This document shows positions 9,593-15,223 of a stretch of 32,000 nt of DNA, in pieces; position 1 is the first letter of the stretch; each line of letters starts with the position of its first letter. Position numbers and translations under genes: made by a program. The notes below the pieces were generated by a model. That model made no database searches and had not been told where the DNA came from. It saw only the letters and a program-made list of their open reading frames with translations. Source of the stretch: Candidatus Saccharimonadota bacterium (GTDB taxonomy: Bacteria > Patescibacteriota > Saccharimonadia > Saccharimonadales > UBA4665); assembly GCA_963718045.1 (NCBI GenBank), contig OY970350.1:90001-122000 (forward strand). The letters run 5' to 3'.

Positions 9593-9621
9593 GTCATATA
9601 GATCTTAGTCATATAGATCTT
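9592..9621. repeat. 15-bp perfect tandem duplication (AGTCATATAGATCTT x2)
   Basis: Read directly from the sequence at 9592-9606 and 9607-9621. It fills the spacer between two convergent genes and supplies part of both stop codons. Confidence 0.8.
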
Positions 9622-10984
9622 AGAAAAGGGAATATATAGCCGCTAAACCAGATAAAGTCATAACGCCGGTCAACAACCAACCAATTCCGGCGGTTGCCTT
9701 ACCATTCTTCCATTCGCCCATAACATGTTTATTACGTGCCAACAGAAGGATTAGAACTATTATTACTGGTGCAACAATACCGTTTAAAACAGCAGCGTAA
9801 ATTAGTGCCTTAATTGGGTTAAGCCCTAAGAAATTCATAATCATGCCTAGAATCATAGATATAATTATTACACCGTAAAAGGCTGAACCTTGCTTAAGCT
9901 TGGAATTAAGACCTTGACGCTTGCCAATGCTTTCACTTATGGCATAAGCACTAGCACCAGCCATGACAGGTATGGCTAATAAGCCCATACCAATAATACC
10001 GGCAGCAAAAAGCCAAAAAGTAGCATTGCCGGCAAATGGGCGAAGAGCATTTGCTGCCTGGGCTGCGGTATTAATGTTTGTTATGCCGTGCGTAAATAAG
10101 ACACTGGCACAAGCGGCAATAATAAAGAACATGACGACGTTAGAAAAAAACATACCCGACCAAACATCTATGCGCATCTTCTTTATTTCCTCAGGTTTTG
10201 CTCCTGATCGTGACCGGATAGTAGTCTCGCCTACGGCAATTTCTTCTTCGATCTCCTGGGATGTTTGCCAAAAGAAAAGGTAAGGGGTAATAGTGGTACC
10301 TAAGATGGCGCATATCAGTAGAATCTGGGTTTTTGAGAAAGTAATATGAGGCAGGACAGAGTATTTAAGTATGGTGTGCCAATCAGGATGGGCTAGAAAA
10401 GCCGCTAAAATATAGGCAAATAATACTAATGCCAACCACTTAAGATAGCGGGCATATCTAACATACGGCGTAAATACTTGAAGCAAAAGAATTAACAGCG
10501 TAAAGCCGATGGCCAGGATTGTAAAATTAAACTGAGGCCGAAGTAACTGGACTGCATTAGCCATAGCACCAATATCTGCCCCAATGTTAAAGGTGTTAGC
10601 TGCAAATAGTAAAAGAGTGCTTACGTAGAGGACTTTTCGGCCAAAATGGACCCTGATATTACCCGCTAAACCTCTGCCAGTAACTAGTCCAATCCGAGCA
10701 CATACTTCTTGGATAACGGCCATGAGAGGGAATGTAAAAGCAGCCATCCAAAGCAGACGGAAGCCATACTGAGCGCCTGTTTGGGAATATGTTGCTATAC
10801 CAGAAGGATCATCGTCAGATGCACCAGTGGTTAGGCCAGGTCCTAATGTATACCAATAATCCTTAGCCTTTTTTAACGGTTTGGTGCCAGGGACACTTTT
10901 GGCAAACTTTTGGCCACCCTCAACACCTTTCTGAAGTGCCTGGGCAGGAGCCTCAATTGTTTTTTCTAGGATATTTCTTTTCAT
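9620..10984 (-). CDS. NRAMP-family divalent metal cation transporter
   Basis: 454 aa with about 11 TM segments. The signature GPGLTTGASDDDPSGIATYSQTGAQYGFRLLW corresponds to the NRAMP TM1 metal-binding region. Confidence 0.85.
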   Translation of the reverse strand: MKRNILEKTIEAPAQALQKGVEGGQKFAKSVPGTKPLKKAKDYWYTLGPGLTTGASDDDPSGIATYSQTGAQYGFRLLWMAAFTFPLMAVIQEVCARIGLVTGRGLAGNIRVHFGRKVLYVSTLLLFAANTFNIGADIGAMANAVQLLRPQFNFTILAIGFTLLILLLQVFTPYVRYARYLKWLALVLFAYILAAFLAHPDWHTILKYSVLPHITFSKTQILLICAILGTTITPYLFFWQTSQEIEEEIAVGETTIRSRSGAKPEEIKKMRIDVWSGMFFSNVVMFFIIAACASVLFTHGITNINTAAQAANALRPFAGNATFWLFAAGIIGMGLLAIPVMAGASAYAISESIGKRQGLNSKLKQGSAFYGVIIISMILGMIMNFLGLNPIKALIYAAVLNGIVAPVIIVLILLLARNKHVMGEWKNGKATAGIGWLLTGVMTLSGLAAIYSLF

Positions 10985-11067
10985 CTCTAGTAAGTAAATA
11001 ATACCAGATTTTTTAGGCCATATTTAATAGTCTACTTAAGAATATTGGTATAATTCCTCTAAACAGT

Positions 11068-11144
11068 GCCACCTTAGCTCAGCTGGCTAGAGCATCGCTT
11101 TCGTAAAGCGGGGGTCATCGGTTCGAGTCCGATAGGTGGCTCCA
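11068..11144 (+). tRNA. tRNA-Thr(CGU), CCA encoded
   Basis: Acceptor GCCACCT/AGGTGGC. D-arm GCTC-AGCTGGCTAG-AGC. Anticodon stem TCGCT/AGCGG with loop ttCGTaa. T-arm ATCGG-TTCGAGT-CCGAT. Discriminator T followed by CCA. Confidence 0.9.
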
Positions 11145-11153
11145 TAAAATAAC

Positions 11154-11228
11154 GCGGGTGTCGTATAACGGCTATTATGTAGCCTTCCCAAGGCTGAGAG
11201 GCGGGTTCGATTCCCGCCACCCGCACCA
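11154..11228 (+). tRNA. tRNA-Gly(CCC), CCA encoded
   Basis: Acceptor GCGGGTG/CACCCGC. Anticodon stem TAGCC/GGCTG with loop ttCCCaa. T-arm GCGGG-TTCGATT-CCCGC. Discriminator A followed by CCA. Confidence 0.9.
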
Positions 11229-11257
11229 CAGATCCGGTTACATTTATCCTTATTAAA

Positions 11258-11647
11258 ATGCTAAAATATATGGCAAGTACAATGGACATCTCAAAAAAGT
11301 TTTTACACGACCACTATATTCTTTTGCTCTTAACGATTAATGTTTTCTTGTTTTTAGCTGTCACATCGTTTGTTCTTGTTCGTTTAAGTGGTCTTCATAG
11401 CACCAGCTATATAGTCCAATGCCGTAACTGCAGCGATCCAACTGCTACCAATAAATATCTGGTTGGCAGTGTAACTGGGCTATTAAGCTTTATTGTCTTT
11501 TCTTTTATTGTCCTGGCTATTAATACTACTCTCAGCATAAGGTCATATAATATTCATCGGCAGCTAGCTGTTACTATATTAAGCCTTGGCATTTTGCTTC
11601 AGGTCTTAACACTGGCAGTCAGTAATGCCTTATTAGTTCTAAGATAA
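11258..11647 (+). CDS. Small polytopic membrane protein, uncharacterised
   Basis: 129 aa with 3-4 hydrophobic segments. Its stop lies 1 nt before the GT2 gene start, which suggests an operon partner. Confidence 0.5.
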   Translation: MLKYMASTMDISKKFLHDHYILLLLTINVFLFLAVTSFVLVRLSGLHSTSYIVQCRNCSDPTATNKYLVGSVTGLLSFIVFSFIVLAINTTLSIRSYNIHRQLAVTILSLGILLQVLTLAVSNALLVLR

Positions 11648-11648
11648 A

Positions 11649-13277
11649 ATGACAGATCTAGAAATTCCTCTTGAAAAGAACCGTAAAGGTCACTATAGGT
11701 TCTTTGAGATACTGCCCGGATCCCTAAGCTGGCTGCTTCTTCTGACGCCTCTTATATTAAGTTTTATAAGCATAACGGCAGCTGTTATCTTTGTGCTGGC
11801 CTATCTTCTTATTTATTTTATCCGTTCACTCGGTTATGACGTTAGGGCTATTTCTGGCTACATAACCATGAAGCAGCAGCTTAAAATTGATTGGAATGAA
11901 TTACTAGACGATCTGAATAATGATTCAATCCCGCCAAATGCAAAGAGACCTAAATGGCACTACAAAAATCTTGAAAGACGCCGGACATTTGAACGGATAT
12001 ATAAACCATCGGAAATGGTTCACGCTGTCATTCTGGCAACTGTTAATGAAAGCAAAGAGATTCTAGAGCCAACCTTAGAGTCAATAATAAGCAGTACTTA
12101 TGATAGTCATAAGATAATTCTCGTCTTTGCCTATGAAGGTCGGGCAGGCGAAGTTACTAAGGAAAGGGTACTCAGCCTGGCAAATAAGTACAGGTCGCAT
12201 TTTAGAGATGTTTTAGCCTTTCAGCATCCGAATAACATACCCAATGAAGTTATCGGCAAGGGAGGCAATATAACCTACGCTGGCCGGCATCTTGCCAATT
12301 ACGTTAAAGAACATAACATCCCGGCTGATCAGGTGCTTGTTACAACCTTGGATTCTGATTCACGTCCAAATAAACTCTATTTCTCAGCCCTAACTTATCT
12401 GTTTTGTATCGTGCCAAAACCTCTCCGTGCTTCTTACCAGCCACTACCTATGTTTACTAATAACATTTGGGATGCACCAACCATGATGAGAGTCATAGCA
12501 ACAGGCAACAATCTGTTTTACATAGTCTTAACCAAGAGGCCGCATATGGAAAGAAACTTCTCATCCCATGCCCAGTCCCTGCAGGCATTAATTGATATAG
12601 ATTTTTGGAGTACTAGAACAGTAGTTGAAGACGGCCACCAGTTCTGGCGCAGTTACTTCCGATATGACGGCGATTACCGGGTCTATCCGCTCAGTATCCC
12701 TATATACCAAGATGCTGTTTTAGCCGACGGTTATCTTAAAACTATTAAAGCCCAGTTTATCCAGCTAAGAAGGTGGACATACGGGGCATCAGATATAGCC
12801 TATATTGCCGATAAAGCCTTCTTCCATAAAAACAAAGTACCCAAGAAAGACGCTATTGGTAAATTCTTTAGGGCGCTTGAAGGTCATGTTACCTGGGCAA
12901 CAGGGACAGCCTTAGTCTTCGGTGCCGCCTTTATACCAGCCTTTTTCCATCCTCAGAGTTTTGCCGCTCACGAATTACCCCATATAGTAAGCCGTATTCA
13001 AGAGATTGGCATTATTGGTCTTTTAGCATCAATGTATGTTTGCTTAGTGACTTTGCCGCCCAGGCCAGCCAGATATAAGCGTCACCGATCAGTTTTGATG
13101 GTTCTTCAGTGGGCACTAACGCCTGTCGTTGCTATCTGTTTTTCTTCACTGTCGGCCCTTAATTCCCAGACTAGACTAATGTTTAAGAAATACTTAAGCC
13201 GCTTTGATGTCACCGAAAAGGCTGTCGTTACTCATAGTGGTGAAGTTATCTCTACCAAAGCTGATCCTACCGTTTAG
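11649..13277 (+). CDS. Membrane-embedded processive family-2 glycosyltransferase (cellulose/chitin/hyaluronan-synthase-like)
   Basis: 542 aa. N- and C-terminal TM helices flank a GT-A domain. Motifs: AVILATVNES (UDP-binding D region), TTLDSDS (DxD), VVEDGHQFW (TED-like), and FIQLRRWTYG (QxxRW). Confidence 0.75.
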   Translation: MTDLEIPLEKNRKGHYRFFEILPGSLSWLLLLTPLILSFISITAAVIFVLAYLLIYFIRSLGYDVRAISGYITMKQQLKIDWNELLDDLNNDSIPPNAKRPKWHYKNLERRRTFERIYKPSEMVHAVILATVNESKEILEPTLESIISSTYDSHKIILVFAYEGRAGEVTKERVLSLANKYRSHFRDVLAFQHPNNIPNEVIGKGGNITYAGRHLANYVKEHNIPADQVLVTTLDSDSRPNKLYFSALTYLFCIVPKPLRASYQPLPMFTNNIWDAPTMMRVIATGNNLFYIVLTKRPHMERNFSSHAQSLQALIDIDFWSTRTVVEDGHQFWRSYFRYDGDYRVYPLSIPIYQDAVLADGYLKTIKAQFIQLRRWTYGASDIAYIADKAFFHKNKVPKKDAIGKFFRALEGHVTWATGTALVFGAAFIPAFFHPQSFAAHELPHIVSRIQEIGIIGLLASMYVCLVTLPPRPARYKRHRSVLMVLQWALTPVVAICFSSLSALNSQTRLMFKKYLSRFDVTEKAVVTHSGEVISTKADPTV

Positions 13278-13687
13278 ACTTGCTGGTTGTAGTATGCCTG
13301 GTAATGGACAGCTGCGGCCCTGTCAAAGTGTTTTAGGCAGTTATGAGCAGTATCTATTAGTTTCGCCTTATCTATTTGGCTTTCTGAGCTTATCTTAGCC
13401 AGTTTAGCCATTATTGTGGCAGTTATAGCATTTGCATCCTGAATAGCCGTCTTGCGGTGTCTGAGGCTGTCATAGATCGATACAAATAGCCTGTCACGGA
13501 TAAATGGGCTAAGTTTATCCTTTTGAGCGTCATAAATCATCCAAGTTTTGCTATAATCTGCCTGTTCCATAGAAGTAGTAAGCGCTCCGCACTTTAAACA
13601 GCGTCGTCGGCGCCAAGTAGCGTTGCTGCGGGCAAGATGCCGGCTGTTGGTTATTTCTGTTTTACCTTTGCAATAAGTGCATACCAT
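13274..13687 (-). CDS. nrdR: NrdR-family transcriptional repressor (Zn ribbon + ATP-cone)
   Basis: MVCTYCKGKTEITNSRHLARSNATWRRRRCLKCGALTTSME matches the NrdR CxxC...RRRxCxxC ribbon, followed by an ATP-cone-like region. At 137 aa it is slightly short. Its stop overlaps the GT2 gene stop (TTAG). Confidence 0.75.
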   Translation of the reverse strand: MVCTYCKGKTEITNSRHLARSNATWRRRRCLKCGALTTSMEQADYSKTWMIYDAQKDKLSPFIRDRLFVSIYDSLRHRKTAIQDANAITATIMAKLAKISSESQIDKAKLIDTAHNCLKHFDRAAAVHYQAYYNQQV

Positions 13688-13746
13688 ATCTACATATTGA
13701 CATAACGCTAAAGATAATTCTAGTGGAAAAGAAACATAAGTGGGGG

Positions 13747-13786
13747 ATAATAAAATACAACCTGAAGGTTTACACCTTAGGTTGTA
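13747..13786 (-). terminator. Intrinsic terminator candidate on the minus strand, downstream of tRNA-Val and the spacer
   Basis: The stem is TACAACCTGAAGG (13756-13768) with CCTTAGGTTGTA (13775-13786): 12 bp plus one bulge. On the minus strand it is followed by TTTTATTATCCCC. Confidence 0.4.
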
Positions 13787-14014
13787 CCTATATTACTAAC
13801 TTTATCTGTTAGCTAGTCCGTAATCGACGAACGCGATTCGTTGGTTTCGAAGAAGCTAATTCTTCGTAAAACAACTGGAAAGTGTCAAGAGCACTTATAG
13901 TTGATATACTCACCAAATCCCTTTGCTTAACCGGAGTATGTTATCAGAACAGATTAAGTACGTCAATATTGACGGTTAAATATATTTAATATTTTATGAC
14001 TCATGAATTATAGG

Positions 14015-14091
14015 TGGTGGGCGATATAGGGTTTGAACCTATTACCTCCTGAACGTCAATCAGGCGCTCTGGCCAAATGAGCTAATCGCCC
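14015..14091 (-). tRNA. tRNA-Val(GAC), CCA encoded
   Basis: The reverse complement folds with acceptor GGGCGAT/ATCGCCC and D-arm GCTC-ATTTGGCCAG-AGC. Anticodon stem CCTGA/TCAGG with loop ttGACgt. T-arm ATAGG-TTCAAAC-CCTAT. The 3' end is A-CCA. Confidence 0.9.
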
Positions 14092-14777
14092 CCGTACATC
14101 TGTGACACTTTATCACAGAACATTGTATAGAGATATATTAATTTCCTCTGAATTTGTATGTTCCCGCATTGCAAAACACATACGCCCTTATAATGATCAT
14201 AAGTTGGTTTATTAGCGCTACGTTTATCGAACGCGACATAGCGGAATCTATCAATTGGTACAGCCAGTTCTTTAGACCAGTACTCCTTTGTAGCTAATTC
14301 ATTCTGGTCTAGCCTTAGGTGTAATTCACAGCGAATCATGCCAGGAGAAATACCATAGTTTTGTTTGAGAACTGATAAAATGAAACGTAATATTGTTGGG
14401 TCTGAACTTGCTATAGAAGTTGTACCGTTGGTTTTTGAGCCCTCTCCCAGATATAACATCGCAAAGGCAATGTCGAGAAGTTCATCTGTAAGTTCAATTT
14501 TATTTATTACTTTTTCAGCTTCTTGTTTAGCTTTTAATACACGCAAAGCTTTCTTGTACTGGTGAGCTATAACGGCTTTCTCTCTAGCTATTTTCCATCC
14601 ATCACTTTTATTTTTCATAAGCTTAGTACGTTGATCCTCTGTTAGCTTAATGGTTTTAAACCAGCCAGAGAGGGTAGAACGAGGTATGCCAAGCTCTCGC
14701 TCTATTAGAGTCATTGAAACACCTTTTCTGCGTAGAGTCATAGCCTGTTCCTTTAAGTCGAACCACTTGGATTTCAT
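14082..14777 (-). CDS. HTH domain protein with LAGLIDADG-like endonuclease motif (free-standing homing-endonuclease-like)
   Basis: 231 aa. The N-terminal helix-turn-helix reads GVSMTLIERELGIPRSTLSGWFK. A single LAGLIDADG-type motif, AFAMLYLGEGSK, lies at nt 14433-14456, followed by SSDPTILRFILSVL. The last 10 nt overlap the 5' end of tRNA-Val. Confidence 0.5.
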   Translation of the reverse strand: MKSKWFDLKEQAMTLRRKGVSMTLIERELGIPRSTLSGWFKTIKLTEDQRTKLMKNKSDGWKIAREKAVIAHQYKKALRVLKAKQEAEKVINKIELTDELLDIAFAMLYLGEGSKTNGTTSIASSDPTILRFILSVLKQNYGISPGMIRCELHLRLDQNELATKEYWSKELAVPIDRFRYVAFDKRSANKPTYDHYKGVCVLQCGNIQIQRKLIYLYTMFCDKVSQMYGGD

Positions 14778-14986
14778 ATTATTGTTATATCAAACAGTTG
14801 TTCGCATTAAAAGCCTAAATATTGAAGATTATTTTGACACCATATATGGTAATAAAATACATTGCACTTATGCACAGCCATAATGTAAGTTATACGACAT
14901 TAATATACTAGCCTTATTGTACTAGTCTTGCTATAGTACTTCCTTACAGGTGAGGTTTTGACGAGACTGTTTTAATTAACAGAACT

Positions 14987-15027
14987 AAACGATTGAATGG
15001 CTTGCGAGAGCATTCAATCGTTTTTTT
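14987..15027 (+). terminator. Strong hairpin + T7 run (intrinsic-terminator-like), copy A of a GGCTTGCGAGA-apex hairpin
   Basis: A 13-bp perfect stem, AAACGATTGAATG (14987-14999) with CATTCAATCGTTT (15011-15023), encloses the loop GCTTGCGAGAG. It ends in a T run at 15021-15027. There is no + strand gene upstream. Confidence 0.5.
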
Positions 15028-15032
15028 ATTAG

Positions 15033-15041
15033 TGTTATAAT
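15033..15041 (+). promoter_or_regulatory. Extended -10 promoter for the thrS leader
   Basis: TGtTATAAT at 15033-15041. A possible -35, TTCAAT, lies at 15013-15018 with a 17-nt spacer. Confidence 0.45.
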
Positions 15042-15047
15042 CTAGCC

Positions 15048-15212
15048 AAGTGATGAAGCGGACTAACTAACCGTGGAGCTTCGCGGGACTGCCACAAGCG
15101 TGCGTAACACTGGTGGAAGAGTAAAATGTTTCGGTGGAACCGCCTGAATATCAGGCCCGAGGCGTGCAAGAGTTATTTGAGATATAGCAAATTGCAGGCC
15201 TTTATTTATATA
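15048..15212 (+). promoter_or_regulatory. T-box-like tRNA-sensing leader of thrS
   Basis: GGTGGAACCGCC (15133-15144) is close to the T-box core. The antiterminator architecture is present: A1 15129-15134/15157-15162, 7-nt bulge UGGAACC 15135-15141, and A2 15142-15146/15152-15156. A competing helix 15160-15169/15192-15201 is followed by a U-rich tract. Stem I is not resolved. Confidence 0.65.
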
Positions 15213-15223
15213 ACGGGGGAAAT

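Noticed and set aside
9592-9621. Direct repeats as a possible CRISPR or att site
   Set aside because: There are only two contiguous 15-bp copies with no spacers. They show no similarity to the 3' end of the nearby tRNA-Asp. This is simple tandem duplication.
11074-11289. 71-aa minus-strand ORF from the six-frame track
   Set aside because: It lies entirely across tRNA-Thr and tRNA-Gly on the opposite strand. Its open frame is a by-product of GC-rich tRNA sequence.
13204-13398. 64-aa plus-strand ORF
   Set aside because: It overlaps the 3' end of the GT2 gene out of frame and is antisense to nrdR. It has no motif or SD.
13740-14010. SRP (4.5S), 6S or tmRNA in the tRNA-Val/nrdR spacer
   Set aside because: There is no SRP domain IV motif (GNAR loop with flanking AGCA/GGAA internal loops). 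There is no tRNA-like 3' end for tmRNA. 6S cannot be judged without a model. The region is left as an unassigned structured spacer.
14650-14883. 77-aa plus-strand ORF
   Set aside because: It is mostly antisense to the HTH region of the LAGLIDADG-like gene, with no recognisable features. The remainder is promoter spacer.
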